From NCBI RefSeq assembly GCF_009914755.1, contig NC_060939.1: a stretch of DNA of 64,000 nt, one strand, 5' to 3'. The position numbers and the translations under genes were made by a program. The notes beneath the pieces were generated by a model. The model made no database searches, was not told where the DNA came from, and saw only the letters and a program-made list of their open reading frames with translations. Source of the stretch: the human T2T-CHM13v2.0 reference genome, Homo sapiens. The stretch's first letter is position 1, and every line of letters begins with the position of its first letter. This document shows, piece after piece, positions 1-16,840 of the stretch.

Positions 1-2694
1 ACCAGCGTTCAAACTCAAGTATGTAGGCAAGCCAGCAAGATTATCGAGGCAAAAAATATCAATGTATGCCTCTCAGTTTCTGAATCACTCTTGTGGATCA
101 CTTTTAATAAACATGTAACACCTACTTCTTTTCTAAATAATGACATCAAATGTTCCAGAGAAGTTGACCTTTTCCAGAGGGAAATCAATCAAACTCTGAC
201 AATGTAACAAACATCCTGAGACAAATGTAAGAGCAAGGGAAGTAAACAGAATATTTATTATGATAAGAATTATTTCCTTTTCCAGAATTCTTATCTTTGG
301 GCTTATCACACTGGGAAGTCCTAGAATTGGCTGTGAGATGAAAACAAAGGAAGTAGTTTAAAAATTCTGAGTAAGAAAATACTAATTTTATACATATTAA
401 AGTATAAACCATATAAAAGTATAAAATCTTATTACAGAGCCAACACTAGCAGCAAGAAAGAATTTTAAAACAGTGCAAGATAACACTGAGTGATAAACCA
501 TAAATCAGAGTGACCACAATGGCAGATATAATGCATGGGCTGGTATCTAGTTGTTTAACTCATGAATTAAAGTAAAACAAGCAAGTACTCATGTAGTGCT
601 GATTCTATGCCAGGCACTATCCTAAGTGATTTAAATATGCTAACTGACTTAACTCTCATAATAACCTGATGAGATAGGTCTTATGATAATCATTTTATAG
701 ATGAGGAAACTGTGGCACAGATCAGTTAAGTAATTTTCCCAAGGTCACACACCCAGTAAGCGACAGTGTTGGGGATATGACCCCAGGGAGTCTAATTCCA
801 AAGTCTGAGATCTTAACCACATAGCATCTCATATGTCTAGTACTGGTGGTAGTAATAATAACTCTTTTGTTATTATCTCCTATGTCAATACCTGAAGTCA
901 ACCTTCAGGTATTACATGAAATGCATACATGCATGTAACTGACCATTGTTGTATAACAAGCCATATCCAGAATACCCCATCTTCACATATCCAGACTATA
1001 ATGGGCACTGTGCAAGTGTCCTGATCATTATCTAGCTCACTTAGGTGGAGCCGGAAATTGTTTGCAGGCCCGCAGCCCATTCCCTATAGGCAGGTTGCCA
1101 TAACTTGTGCCATGGAGGCACGACCCACCAGGCCAGGCATGGACACCTGCTCCAAAGGCAGCCATCTGAAGATTGGGCAGTGACCTGTGACCAGCCTCAC
1201 CTAAGCCCTTCGACCAACATGGTGGTAATGGGACCCGTCATACTCTGTCTCTTGGAGACTTTTCACATGAGGCCATAGAGCAGATGCTGAATGAGTGAAC
1301 TGGTGTTGAATTGGAGAGAGACCCAGAGAAAGCACTGGAGAGATGTCATGAGGCAGTAGAAGCCATGAACAAGAGGGGGCATGAGGTAGACAGGGAGAGG
1401 GCGGGAGTCAGTCAGCTGTGGGTAGGAGGAAAACATGAGCCAAAAGCAGGCTGTGAGGAATGGAGTCACAAATTCAGTTGCTGATGGAGAATGCGGTGAG
1501 CCCTGGGTTGACACTGGGTGACCAGAGCTATGTGGCATCTTGAAATTTCATGAGTGACACTTTCTGTGAAGCCAGCGGTGCAGTTCTGGAGATGGTTTCT
1601 TGTCCTCTTTAGGTTTCCATACATTCTTATATTAATCTCCCATTACGGAAGTAGTTTGACTTTTTTTTTTTTTTTTTTTTTTTTTGCATCTTGCAACCTG
1701 AAAGAACCTAACCTAGGTAATTACAGTCCTAGCCTTTGCCTTCTTTTTGTTCCTCCTCCTCCTATATGCCATTACCAAATCCTTGCCAAATTTGTCCTCA
1801 GACCCCTTCTCCCTCCTTTCCACACTACCTGTGGTCCTTAATCCTCCCACCCAGGTGCCTGCGGTGGCCTCCTAGCAGGGGCTGCTTTAAAAACATCAGA
1901 AACATAATTTTCTAAATTGTTTAAAAATCATTCTGATGAAGAATTTCAATGAGCTTTGGACTCACTTGTTACAAAAAAGTAAATCGGCTCTTTTTGATGG
2001 ATGTGCTATTATCACTGATTGAAATAAAAGAATATGAACATTTCCTAGCTGAATTTCAACAAAAATGCTTGCGTAATGGTATGTGGGATTGAAAAAGTAA
2101 TTTTAATTTATAAGCATGCTTCTTCTTTTGGGTCGGCTTTACTTTGGTAAAGTGTCTTTTATCAGCCGTGACAGCCCTAAAACCCAGTGTCAGCATATAA
2201 CAGTCTTCTGTAAGTCAAGATTTTCAAAATAATCAATCTTAGCCCATCTTATTTATTCACCCCTAAATTATTATTTTAAGGAATAATTATATTAAATATT
2301 ATTTGAAATGCTTATACTTTCTAATCTCTCATTTTAAAAAATTCTTTGTGAGCATATGTTTTACAATGCATATATTAGTAAAATAGTGTGAATATTTTAT
2401 AAAGTGGTACAAGTTCAAAGCATTTTAAATGATGAAGTATGTGACAGAAAAAAGGTGGGGCCAAGGCCTATGGGATAAAATGTTAGGTTTTCAAAGTTTT
2501 TCTCTAGCTAGCCTCCTCTTACCTTGCCTCTCTGGCCATTTTCCATCCCAGCTTCTCCGCTCCATTCAAGCTCTCCATTTCTGGAAGCTGATGCTACTAC
2601 AAGCTCCCCTCTCAGCTTCTCCTTCATCAGGTGAACTCAGTTGACATTCCTTTCTCCTTCTACCAATCCAGATGATCAAATTTTATTTTATTTT

Positions 2695-3057
2695 TGATAT
2701 GGTTTGGTCGTGTCCCCACCCAAATCTCACCTTGAATTGTAGTTCCCATAATTCCCACATGTTGTGGGAGGGACCTGGTGAGAGGTAATTGAATCATGGG
2801 GGTGGGTCTTTCCTATGCTGTTCTCGTGATAGTGAATAAGTCTCATGAGATCTGATGGTTTTATAAAGGGCAGTTGGCCTGCACACACTCTCTTGCCTGC
2901 TAGCATGTAAGCTATGCCTTTGGTCCTCATTTGCCTTCTGCCATGATTGCGAGGCCTCCCAGCCGTGTGGAACTGTGAGTCCATTAAACCTCATTTCTTT
3001 ATAAATTACCCAGTTTCAGGTATGTCTTTATTAGCAGTGTGAAAACGGACTAATACA
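2695..3057 (+). mobile_element. THE1-family MaLR solo LTR (THE1B-like)
   Basis: Begins TGATATGGTTTGG..TGTCCCCACCCAAATCTCA and ends GACTAATACA. 5-bp TSD ATTTT on both sides (2690-2694, 3058-3062). Confidence 0.9.
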
Positions 3058-3515
3058 ATTTTTAAAAAACCTTATAGTCCCAAAGTTTTAATTTCTTGCC
3101 CATAACAGTGATACAGACACTAGTTTAAAATATGCTAGTGTCTGATATTTTAGTTCTGTTTTGTTTTATTGTTGAACTACAAATTAGATCCTAATATTAT
3201 AATTTTATACCTAAAGTGTTTAGATTTACCTGCATGTTTGCCAATATATTGACTCATTATTTCCTATAGCATGCCAGATCTTCCCTTTGCCATCATTTTC
3301 CATTTCAGGCAGTCCATTAGTAGTAGACAATGCCAGTAGCCCTTCCACATCCTCTCAGCACAATTTGCAAGCTCAACTGGCCCTCCCACTCTCAACACCT
3401 GTGATTGTGCCCAAGGGCTCTCTCTGGCTGCTGCAGCCCCTCTGCTTCTGCTGGAAGCAGGCAAAAAATGAGGGGGAAGTAATGTCTTCTGGGAACAGCC
3501 CTCAAATAAGGTCTG

Positions 3516-4028
3516 TGCGGAGACCAGCTCAGTCAGGTAGACCCTAACCCAGCAGCACTAGAGGAATTAAAGACACACACACAGAAATACAGAGGTGTGA
3601 AGTGGGAAATCAGGGGTCTCACAGCCTTCAGAGTTGAGAGCCTCCAACAGAGATTTACCCACATATTTATTAACAGCAAGCCAGTGATAAGCATTGTTTC
3701 TATAGATTATAGATTAACTAAAAGTATTCCTTATAGGAAACAAAGGGATGGGCTGAAACAAAGGGATGGGTCTGGCTAGTTATCTGCAGCAGGAACATGT
3801 CCTTAAGGCACAGATCCCTCATCCTATTGTTTGTGGCTTAGGAACGCCTTTAAGTGGTTTTCCGCCCTGGGTGGGCCAGATGTTCCTTGCCCTCATTCCG
3901 ATAAACCCACAACCTTCCAGCCCGGGAGTTATGGCCATCATGAACATGTCACAGTGCTGCAGACATTTTGTTTATGGCCAGTTTTGGGGCCAGTTTATGG
4001 CCAGATTTTGGGGGGCCTGTTCCCAAGA
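3516..4028 (-). mobile_element. MER9-like (HERV-K HML-3) solo LTR
   Basis: Reverse complement starts T(C)TTGGGAACAGGCCCCCCAAAATCTGGCCATAAACTGGCCCC, matching my recollection of MER9. GTCTG direct repeat at 3511-3515 and 4029-4033. Confidence 0.8.
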
Positions 4029-4279
4029 GTCTGCAGGGAGTTGTTGAATACCCCAGCTCTCTTGCCCCTTAGGATGGAAAACTGAGAATTCTCTCTCCTG
4101 GCCCCAGGGTTCCTCAGTAGGATTAAGCTCCGGTTGCCAATGGTGGTGACTTGCTTGATAATGAAATTTTTTTGGCTTCCTTTCCTTTTTCCTCTCTCAC
4201 TTTCCTACTTGCCTACAACTATTTCCTGAGATCACCTTGCAAGTAAAATACTGGCACTCATATTTTGGAGGAAACTCAA

Positions 4280-4930
4280 ATGAAAACAAGATTCTTTATA
4301 AGTTCCCTTAGTGCAGGTCCCATTGGTGGTAAATTCAATTTTTGTTTATCTGGAAACATTTTCATTTCATTATTGTTCTTGGAAAATAGTTTTGATAGAT
4401 GTACAGTCCCAAATTGTCAGGAGTTTTTTGTCAAACTTTGAAAGTATAATTCTGCTGTCTATTGCCACGCACCTTTATAGGTGATCTGTCTTTTTTCTCT
4501 GAGAAAAGATCTTCCCTTTATCTCTGGTGTTCTGCAAATTTTACTATGATATACCTAGGTTTCGATTTTTAAGAAATTTATTTTTCTTTGTGGGGATTGC
4601 TCTTACTGGATCTGTGGATTCTTATCTTTCATCATTCTGGAAAGTTCTCAGCAATGATCTCTTCAAATATTGCCTCTCTTGCAGTCTCTCTGATCTTTCC
4701 TTCTGAGACTCTAGTTAGACATATGCTGAACATTTTCTAACATCTAAACATTTTAAGATCTCACTACCAGTTAGCCAATTTTTGCTTCAACTGTTTCTAA
4801 TCTATTTAATCCTTCCATTGAGCTTTTTAAAAATTCATATATATATAAATAGTAGACATCTTCAGAGTATATTAATTCAGTGGCTTCTATATTCATGTTT
4901 TTATTTTTAAATTTCTATGTGAATCTTTTT
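4280..4930 (-). mobile_element. Old L1 (L1M-type) fragment
   Basis: T-rich text typical of antisense ancient L1 (e.g. TTCTGGAAAGTTCTCAGCAATGATCTCTTCAAATATTG). Boundaries approximate. Confidence 0.55.
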
Positions 4931-4949
4931 TCAATCAGCTCTATCATTT

Positions 4950-5087
4950 TTTAATTTTTTTTTATTTTGTAGAGATGGGGTCTTACTATGTTGCCCAGGC
5001 TGGTCCTAAATTCCTGGGTTCAGGCGATCCTTCTGCCTTGGCCTCCCAAAGTGCTGGAATTACATGTGTGAGCCAACATGCCCGGCC
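4950..5087 (-). mobile_element. Alu monomer / AluJ fragment
   Basis: T-run, then GTAGAGATGGGGTCT...CCTCCCAAAGTGCTGG...GCCCGGCC. Confidence 0.85.
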
Positions 5088-5211
5088 ACCTCCATCATTT
5101 TTGATTGTCTCTTTTTTCTTTGTGTGTGATTCTAACTTCTATTTCTTTAGACATTTCATACAGTTTTATTTTATACTCTTTATCTGATAATTCTAGTATT
5201 TAAAGTTTTAG

Positions 5212-5565
<354 letters not shown>

Positions 5566-5784
5566 TGATCTTTGGTAGTGTTTGTACATTTGTTTGATCT
5601 TAATCTGTAGGAAACCTTAGGGCGTAAACTGAGATTGCTTTCTTTCAGAGGAAATTTTCATTTGTATCTGCACGCAGGAGGCACTGCCCACATGGGAACA
5701 TTTGACGTCTTCCAGGGTCCTTGGCTTACTCTGAGGTCTAGGGTTCAGCACCTTCACTTTGCTGCTGACCCAAGTCTTAGGCTC

Positions 5785-6170
5785 TGTTATGGCCTGAATC
5801 ATGTCCTTCTCAAATTCATATATTAAAGTCGCAACCACCATTACCTAAGAATGCAACCATTTTCAGTTAAGATTTTTAAAAAGCGATTAACTTAAAATGA
5901 GGCCCTTGGGGTGGGACTGTAATTCAATATGACTAGTGTCTTTATAGAGGAAGAGACACCAATGAGGTGTGCCCACAGGGTTGACCCTGGGAAGAGGCAG
6001 CAAGAGGGCCACCATCTGTAGACCCAGGAGGGCAGCCTCAGAAGAACCCAACACTATCAGCTCCTTGATTTTGCACTGCTAGCCTCCAGAACCGTGAGAA
6101 AATAAATTTCTATTGTGTAAGCCACCCAGTCTATGGTACTTTGTTATGGCAACCCAAGCAGACTAATACA
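5785..6170 (+). mobile_element. MLT1-family MaLR LTR
   Basis: Starts TGTTATGG. Ends CCTCCAGAACCGTGAGAAAATAAATTTC..AAGCCACCCAGTCTATGGTACTTTGTTATGGCA..GACTAATACA. Confidence 0.8.
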
Positions 6171-6536
6171 GCCTCCATAGGGCAGTTTGTTAGGGTTTGC
6201 CTTTAGGGTAACTGCAGCTTTCCTGTGCACCTGCTATTCATCATTTGGATTCAGCTCATATTTTCATCCCTGCCCCCGGGGAATTTCCCTTACTTCCTAC
6301 AAGCTCACTGATGCAAATAAAAGCATGTTTCCATGCAGGTCTAGTTGTTCTGTTGGGGTATCTATTCAGAGTGTCTGGTCTGCCACACTGCCTGAAGTGC
6401 CTCAGAGTCCACTGCTTCCTTAAATGCTGATTTCACGGCTTTCTTCTGTGATATCTTCCTGAGAAATCATCTCCCACAGGAATACTTCCCTCCTTAAACT
6501 CTTAGCACTTATTTATGCATTATTTATTGTCACTTA

Positions 6537-6938
<402 letters not shown>

Positions 6939-7635
6939 CTAGACACAATGTGTGCCGATTTCATGTTTCTGGAATGAGGGAATATAAAATAAAAAACCAA
7001 GAGCCAGAAACCTGTTCGCTGTCAGTATTACATTAAAAAGACTGCATGAACCATAGAGTTGACTGTGGATATTAAGTGGTCCAAACATGTTTTAACAACA
7101 AAAAGATCACATCTCAGGCCTGATTCCAGGGAGCCCTGGAGTAATGAAAAGACCTTTCATTATTGATCAGAAACACCCCTGAAAGGAAATGAAAATTGAA
7201 GGGATCAGATCAGTAATCCTAATTTATTTAGCAAGTTCTGATCTTCCTGAGAAACAAAAAAAATAATAGAAACTAAATTTATCTTGCACTGCCTCAAACC
7301 GGAAAGGAAAATACAGTCACCTGTTGTGACTCATTTGCAGTCTATTTTGTAATGGTTTCCAGATTCCTCTTCCAATTAAAAAGCAGGCCAGAAGAACCAA
7401 GATTGTTTAGTTAAGTCTGTTTGGTAATAGGTTTTAGACCGTAACTACATAAAGTCACTTACAATAAGGGATCAGAGTCTGTAAATGAATTCTGATTTTA
7501 AAAATTAGTGAGATTTCAGGGTTCTGCAATTAATTGGGTCATTTCATTTTGCTGAAGAAATAAAAAGGAATGAAGTGCAAAACAAATATTTAATGGTCAT
7601 ATAGCCACATGGTCATAATAATTTTATTATATTAG

Positions 7636-7848
<213 letters not shown>

Positions 7849-9311
7849 TAGGAAGCTGAAGGGGTAGAAAGAGGAGAATGGAGATGTAAAATGCAGAGAC
7901 CGCAGCAGAGAGGAGTTGGCTTCCAAGGCTACCTTTTTTGAGGTGACTCAGAAATCTGGAAGTAGCCCTCCTCCCTTCCAGCCCCAAAGGGCTTCTTGAG
8001 GGGTTCCAACAAGCATTTGGAGTCTGGACAGCTATAAACTGTATATTACCCTGTCCCTGCCTTGCAACTAGGTGTATTCTATATCCATGATACAAGAGAA
8101 GCCCATTCTTCATTGACTGAGAGACTGCTAGGAGGTCAGGATTGTTCTTAGACCAGTTTGAACCCCAAAAACCTAAACTGAATTTGATTTAGATTCTTGA
8201 ATAGGCTCCAGTTTCTGAAAGGATCACATAGCCTTGTAATCAGAATGCTGGTGGTTTCCGAAGCTGTTGCCTTTCTTTTTTAACCAAACTCACCACCTGC
8301 TTAAATTTAGCCTTCTTTTCTCTTTATGGAAGGGACAGTTATCTCCAAATGGGTCTAAACTCAAGTTACTTTCTAGCCCAGCAGTTGCTCAGCTGGTAGC
8401 TTGTGGGGATATATTTATTTAAGTGAAGTGTCTGCATCCTCTTCTGTTAATCAATTCTGGAAATCAACATCTCTCCACTCCTTCTTTTGGTGAGAGAAAA
8501 ATCCACCCTCCCCAAATCTGCAAAGACTCTGCATAGCACACATGCTTCAACTTTTGTCCTCTTCTCACAGATGGCATGATCCATTTCCTGTTGACTTGGT
8601 TTGTCTCACGCACGTGCCATTAGATCTAATGACTAACGCATGCCACCTTCTGAAGAGAACCTAAATAACCTTCCTGTAATTCTAGTTCTTTTGTAATAGA
8701 CCCAAATCTGGTTTCTCTTCCTGGTCTACTTAAGGCAAATGCTATGGAGGTAATTTTTCTATCCCCTTGCCAAAGGATGTGAGGGTAAGGTTAGCGACCC
8801 ACTGCTGCACTGCACTTCTGCTTCAGAAGCAAAAGAAAGACAATAGCCAAAGGGTTACTGGAGAAGCATAATAAATAGTTTTCACTTATTACAGCTTTTA
8901 TGGTCCAATTCTCCAAGGTGCATAAAACCAGCACATTGAGATAGGGCAAATGAGTCTAAGTGTTATATCGTGGCTTTCTTGTCTCATAGTACACCCCGGA
9001 GAATACCTGAAACCCTGCGTTAGCCAACACCAAGGTTAAAAATACCTCTCTCTCCTCTGGCTGGGGGAGAGAGCAGGTTTCACCTTGCCGAGGGACAGTG
9101 AAGGCCATAGCCGCACTTGCTTGACTAGGACATTCTCTTGCTGGAGACCTGCCTAAATACAAGTATAGCCCACCATAGAATTTCTCCCAGAAACATGGTC
9201 GGCTCCGTCTTGAGCTGTCATCATAACTTCAGAAGAGTTGGGAAGGGCTTTCTTCTAGCAAAAACTACCTCCTCTACCTTAATAGCTAGAGAGTCAGCCA
9301 CCTGAAATTCT

Positions 9312-9456
9312 TTTCCTTTTTTCCTTTAAAAAAAAAAAAAAAGACAGACTCTTGCTATATTGCCCAGGGTGGTCTCGAACTCCTGCTTTCAAGTGATCTT
9401 CCCGCCTAGTCCTTCCAAAGTCCTGGGATTACAGATGTGAGCCACCCTACTTGGCC
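9312..9456 (-). mobile_element. Alu monomer (FLAM-like)
   Basis: Left-arm Alu sequence flanked by the 16-bp TSD AGCCACCTGAAATTCT (9296-9311, 9457-9472). Confidence 0.85.
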
Positions 9457-9632
9457 AGCCACCTGAAATTCTATCAGTGACAGATTCCTTTAGCTGAAGT
9501 CATGTTCAAATGTAATCCTCCCAAGAATGGTAACATTATACATCAATGCATTAAACAAAACAACCTGTGCTTATTGAAAAAGTCATATGTGCACACGGTA
9601 AAACAAAATTCAAATAGTACAAAAGGGTATAT

Positions 9633-9892
9633 AGCTGGGCACAGTGACTCATGCCTGTAATCCCAGCAGTTGGGGAGGCTGAGGCAGGAGGATCACTTGA
9701 AGCTAGGAGTTCAAGACCAGGGCAAAAAACAAGGCCCCTGACTCTACAAAAAAAAAAAAATTAGCTCAGCATGGTGGCATGTGCCTATGGTCCCAGCGAC
9801 TCAGGAGGCTGAAGTGAGCTATGACTCCACCACTGTACTCCAGCCTGTACCGTGGAGTGAGACCCTGTCTCTAAAGAAAAAAAAAAAAAAAA
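9633..9892 (+). mobile_element. AluJ with internal deletion
   Basis: Alu consensus; TSD-like AAAAGGGTATA / AAAAGAGTATA. Confidence 0.85.
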
Positions 9893-12819
9893 GAGTATAC
9901 ATTAAAATTGGTCTTCTTCTTCCCCAGTATCCTCAGTACCCCAGTTATTCCCCATCTCGCCAACCCCCATCCCCCAGCAATCACACTTAGCAGCCTTATC
10001 TGGGCTTCCCGAAATATTCTGTACATATTCAGGCATATGTATAATATATACCCCTTTATAGCCCTCCCTCTTTTTGCCTCCTTGCTTTTGCTCCAAGGGT
10101 AACTTAGCACTTGGAGAGGGATTTCATCCTTCCCAGCAGCTGCCCTGTGTTCCATGGTCACCACAACAGAGGGTAGAAGCTGGCCTGGCTTAAGGATGAT
10201 TGAGAGGCTCAATATTTCCTTCAACAAACAAACAAAAAATGCCAAGGCCACCTTAAGGTGGCTTGCTTTAGTAAGAGATAAGCTCATAAAACAGTATTTA
10301 TTCAATAAAACCTGGCAAAATATTTTAGGAGTAAGTTAAGTTTTGCCAAGAGAAGTGCTTATAAACTTTGAGAGCAAGGTAGACCTTCACATATCCAGGC
10401 TTCTTCTACCTGAATTTGTTGCTGCTACTCTTGCTTTTGTCCCTTATGGGTTTAGGGTGCAGGTAGAGACCAGGCAGAGCAGTTGTGAAAGTAGAAGGGG
10501 TTGGGCCTTGCCCAGAATGAGGAGTGAGATCAGGATAGCGTTGTAAGTCAAAAATAAAAACAGACAAATCCATTTCCCAAGAGAACACAAGGGAGTTTCC
10601 TGTAGAAGCCTGTAACATTCTGATTTCTATACAAAACATTTCATGTTTGTGACTTACTTGATTCTAAGGTTAGAGTTAAGTAGACTCCATTCATATAATG
10701 AATAAATAAGTAGGTTTTGTGTTTCATGAGATTAAGATAAATGTGGTCTAACTGAGAAGTACCAGTTTCATACATGTTTGATAATTTATATAACTTGTAT
10801 AATGATCATTTATGTCACTCAGCTTTTCCGTGTGACACTTTCTCCATTTATAAGATACACTTAGAATTCTGTCAGTTTAGAAACGTTTACCTGAATCTCA
10901 AATTTTAGATCTAACTTCCAGGTTACAAAAAATTCAAAGAATAGAGAAAAAGCTGTATAACATCACTAAGAAGCCATTAGACACATCCAGGAGGCCTGGC
11001 ATTTGGCAGGTCAGCTGATGCCATGTCAACAGTCAGTAGCATGACAGAAAGAGACTGTTAGAGATTGAGAGACTATAGGGACATTAAAAAACAGGTGCAA
11101 TGTATCGTCTTGTATTGGATCTTAGTTTAGAGAAACCAAGTATAAAGGACATTTTTAGGACAATTTGGGAAATTTGAGTTTTAATTAGGAATTATATATT
11201 AAAGAATATAATTATTTTATTTAATTTTTTCCCCAGAAAATCCTTACGCAGAAAGGAATATAACCATACCATTTGGCTACATGTAAAAATGTTATTTTGA
11301 CTCTAAAAAAAGTTTTATTTGCAAAAGATGTACCCTGAAGTTAAAAAAACAGTGTTTTTCCTCTCCTTGAACTTTGAGTTCTTGAAGGTTACCAGACCAG
11401 GATAAACATGGCTATGCTACATTTTCATTTTTGTGCTGGTTGCTCAGAAGCAAGTGTCATTACTGACAACTGGGATGGGGTGTGTGGAGAGGAAATTACA
11501 GCAAATCAAAATGTTTGCAGCCATACATGGCTGTGATTCTTGAGTTACCTCTTTGTGGGTGTTGAGTTCTTGTATTAAGTTTTGCACCATCAGCAGAGCA
11601 GGACATGTGTTATGTAAAGCCAGGGTTCTTGCATCACAGTATTCAAGCCCTCTTACCCAGATCCTATCACATTCAGCTGCAGATGTAGCAAGAAGTTCCA
11701 AAGCAGGAAAAAAAAAAAAAAAAAAAAGCATGTCCCAGGACTACAACCTGCACTCTGGGTCTCAGTATATTATGAATGAAAGTGAACAATAAAGACTCCC
11801 TGTTGGGTGGGAAGGCAGAGGGAAGTCACTTGAGGCTTCAGGGCCCTCCAAGCATAGAAACCTCAATCATGCCTGAGTCTCTCTTTTCTAAGAAGTCCTT
11901 TCTCAGGAGGAACCAGTGAGAAGAACCAACTATTATCGGTGCGCTCCAGCTTCCTGGGCTGGAAGATTTGGACTAGACCTTGAGGTTCCTATAGAGACAG
12001 CTGCCCTTAGTGGCCCCCAACCTGGGCCTGGACCTGAGAGTCAGGAACAGCTCCCATTGGAACTGCCTCTTTAAGCTCATTCCTGTCTGTCCTAATATCC
12101 CTCAAGCCTAGGTCCCAGGGAGCCCTGCTGGATTCTGGCTGATTCAGAAGGCCATGTCCTACACATCCTTCCAAGTGGCTGCTCTGCTGAGTGGGCTGGG
12201 AGGAGGTGCAGCCTGCTGGGCAGTGAGCGTTGACTGAGTATTTTGATAGCACTGGGGAGCTCTCTGAGCAGGCACCACCATGCCCATCTGTCCATTAGCA
12301 GTAGGCTATGGATTAGGAGTGGTAGAAAGGATATCTTTAAATAGATTTCTTTGTTTGTTTGTTTGGTTTGAGGCCTAGTGATTGAGGTCACTCTGGGAAA
12401 AGCTTCAGGAAGCTCTGGTCAGAAACTTTGGGTTTTACATTTCACAACAATTATCCTTCCACTGGGGAAAAGAAAAGGTTAGTTAGGTGGCGTAGAGAAA
12501 TGAGGACCAGAAGTTCCCCGCCTAGGAAAATCAGAATATGAAACATTATTGAAATACATATTAATATTTCATATGTCTTAGTCATGGCTGGGAGGGTTCA
12601 GCCTAATTGGCAAACTCAGCTTTATCAGGGAATCCTTGGTATCTGCTGCTGAAATGCAACTCAGATCCTTGTCACCTTTGAGCCTGTCCTTCACAGATAA
12701 AAGACATGAGTTTGGAATGGGTTTCTGCACTGTGGAAGGGGGAATAGACTTACTCAACGTCTTGGCTTTAAGTCCTAGCTCTGGTACTTGTTAATCTTGG
12801 TATTTTAAATAAGTCTCTT

Positions 12820-13102
12820 GGCAGGCACGGTGGCTTATGCTTGTAATCCAGCACTTTAGGAGGCCAAGGTGGGAGATCCCTTGAGCCTGGGAGTTGGAGA
12901 CTAGCCTGGGCAACTTAGTGAGACCATTTCTACAAAAAACTTTAAAATCAGTTGGGCGTGGTGGTGCACACCTGTAGTCCCAGCTAACTCGAGAGGATAG
13001 CTTGAGTCCAGAAGGTCAAGGTTGCAGTGAGCTATGATCACACCACTGCACTCCAGCCTGGGTGACCAAACAAACAAACAAACAGAAAAAAACAACAAAA
13101 AC
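12820..13102 (+). mobile_element. AluJ
   Basis: Dimeric Alu with a (CAAA)n tail; AAGTCTCTT/AAGTTTCTT flanks. Confidence 0.85.
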
Positions 13103-13274
13103 AAGTTTCTTGACCTCCCCGGGGCTCAGCAACTAACAGATAACTGAGATAACTGTGGTCAGGTATAGGCTCGGGCAACTGCACATGGTGAGCAGATTTT
13201 GGGTTTGTGAGAGAAGACAGAAGAGAATTGAGTGGAGCTCCTCCCAGGCCCGCAACAAAAAATTATAAATTTGG

Positions 13275-13423
13275 AGGCTGGGCATGGTGGCACACACCTG
13301 TATTCCTAGCTACCTGGGAGGCTTAGGCAGGAGGATTGCTTGTGCTCAGTAGTTTGAGGTTGCAGAGAGCTGTGATCACACCACTGCATTCCAGCCTGGG
13401 TGACAGAGCAAGATCGTCTCCAA
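13275..13423 (+). mobile_element. Alu monomer (FRAM-like)
   Basis: GGCTGGGCATGGTGGCACACACCTGTA..CAGCCTGGGTGACAGAGCAAGA. Confidence 0.8.
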
Positions 13424-14447
13424 ATACATACATAGATATGTACACAAATACATAATTTGGCTATAGTTTTATTTTTAAAATATGTTTTAAATGATGGAAC
13501 TTCCTATACTAGCATATAATTTATAATTTCTTTGTAATTCATTTTTTTGAAAGTGTGAAACATTTGCAAGTCACCCTTTATTCTTCTTTCACCAGTGTGG
13601 TATTAATCACCCAGTGATTACCCAGAAGTAATGCTTAGGGCTCCTTCCTGATGCCCCAGGCTAGGGGAAAGCGTAGGGGATAGGGTGGGGATGGGGTAGA
13701 GGCAGGTAATTTTGCCTCCAAGCCTTACATCACTGTTTACAAGTTCATTCCTCCCTGCCTCATCATGTAAATCCCCATAAAAATGGCATCTCCCTATAGT
13801 GACTGTCCATCAAATAATGACTTTGTCACCTTCTGCTCCTGTGTTCTGGATATCTCATTGTTTTACCTCCCTCTCTTTATGCTCCCTTTTCCCCTGGGTT
13901 TTGCTGATGGTAAACTGGTCAAGTGCTGCCACCTACTGGCCAAAATGTATATTACTAAAGAGCTGTGGTCTGGAAAAGGTTAAGGCCCAAGGTGCCTGTG
14001 TTACAAATGACTGGATTGCGGCTTTTCACATAATTTTGTTAGCAACCTATCAGCAAAGAAAGAGTTCACAACTGTGCTTTCAGGGAAAAACGAATTTTGA
14101 CATAGTTGTTTAATGAGTGTTAAAACTTTTTATGTTGAAATAGTTTTAGATTTACAGAAAAGTTGTACAAATGGTACAAGAAGTTCTGCTTGGCCTTTAC
14201 TCAGGGTTCCCTAATATTAACATTCCTAAGAGTAACTGCAGGACAATAATTGAAACCAGGAAATGGACATTTGTACAATACCGTTAATTACTCCACAGAT
14301 ATAATTTGAAGTTTGCCAGCTTTCTCACTAATGCTCTTTTTCTTGTCCAGGATCCAATGATTCATTATCTTCTATTATATTTATTTGTCTTGTCTCCTGG
14401 ACTCCTCTAATCTGTGATAGCTCCTCCATCTTTCTTGACCTTCACAC

Positions 14448-15297
<850 letters not shown>

Positions 15298-16258
15298 GAC
15301 CTTCACATTTTTGAAGAGTAATGGTCAATTATCTTGTAAAATGTCCCTCAGTTTGTCCGCTATTTTCTCATGATTAGGTTGAGGTAATCTGTCTTTGTCG
15401 AGAATACTGCCATGTTCTTAGTGCATCATATGAGGGGATGCATGATGTTGATACGTCTTATTTATTAGTAGTGATGCTAACTTTCATCTCTTGGTTAAGA
15501 AGGGGGGAACTGTCAAGTTCCTCCTGGTTAAATTGCTATTTTTCCTTCACAATTAATAAGTATTGCAGGAAAATGCTTTGAGATTATGCAAATATCCTAT
15601 ATCTTACCATACTTTACCTATTGACTTTAGAATTTCTAGATGGTTCTTGCCTGCAGCAATTATTAATGCGGTATTCGTTTGCATAGTTGTGATTACCTAT
15701 TTTCATCTTTTCATCTCTCCTACATTTTAAAATAGGAATTCTACTATAAGGAAGAACTGTCCCTTTCCCCCATTTATGTATCTATTCAATTATATAATTA
15801 GCTCAGTATGGACTCATGCATATTTTATTCTGTGGACTATAATCCAGTACTATCATTATTTATTTTGTTGTTCAAATTATCCAAGCTTAGGCTTTGGGAG
15901 CTCTTTCAAGCTAGCTTCTGTGCCCTTTGACATGCCCCATAATTTTTAAAAAACAGCTTTCTGGAGGTATAATTGACAAATACAAATTGTGCTAATTTAC
16001 ACTGTATAACTTGATATATATATATCAGCTTTCTCAGGAACCTCACAGAGCACACCATGTTATTCTCAGTGTGTGAACTCAGAAAAGGGCACATGAAATC
16101 ATCTTCCCTGAGCACAGTGACTCAGTTACTACCCAATTATCACAAGTACCCAACCCAGGACCTCAGGACCTTGGCATTTTACCCTGTGGAGAAATAGACT
16201 TGGCATGACAAAAGTAACAATTATGAAGAAGTTACAAAGGTTTAAAAAAAAACTTTGA

Positions 16259-16579
<321 letters not shown>

Positions 16580-16840
16580 CTAACATGTATGGCTGCTGGC
16601 TTCCTTGCTGAGAGGGCATGTGAACATCAGCTTGGTGCTTTCATCCTTGGGCAGGGAGGAATGGCAGAGAAGAAGCTCTGAAAAGCATCTCCTCTACAAA
16701 GGCGATGAGAACAATGGCAAAAATGGTCAAAGTCAACTTTTTCAGAACTCTGGAAATTATCCAAAGGCTTGCAACAATTGAAGGAATGTTTAAGAAAAAC
16801 AGCCTGAATCTCAGTAAGAACAGCAGGTTTGTGACATTTT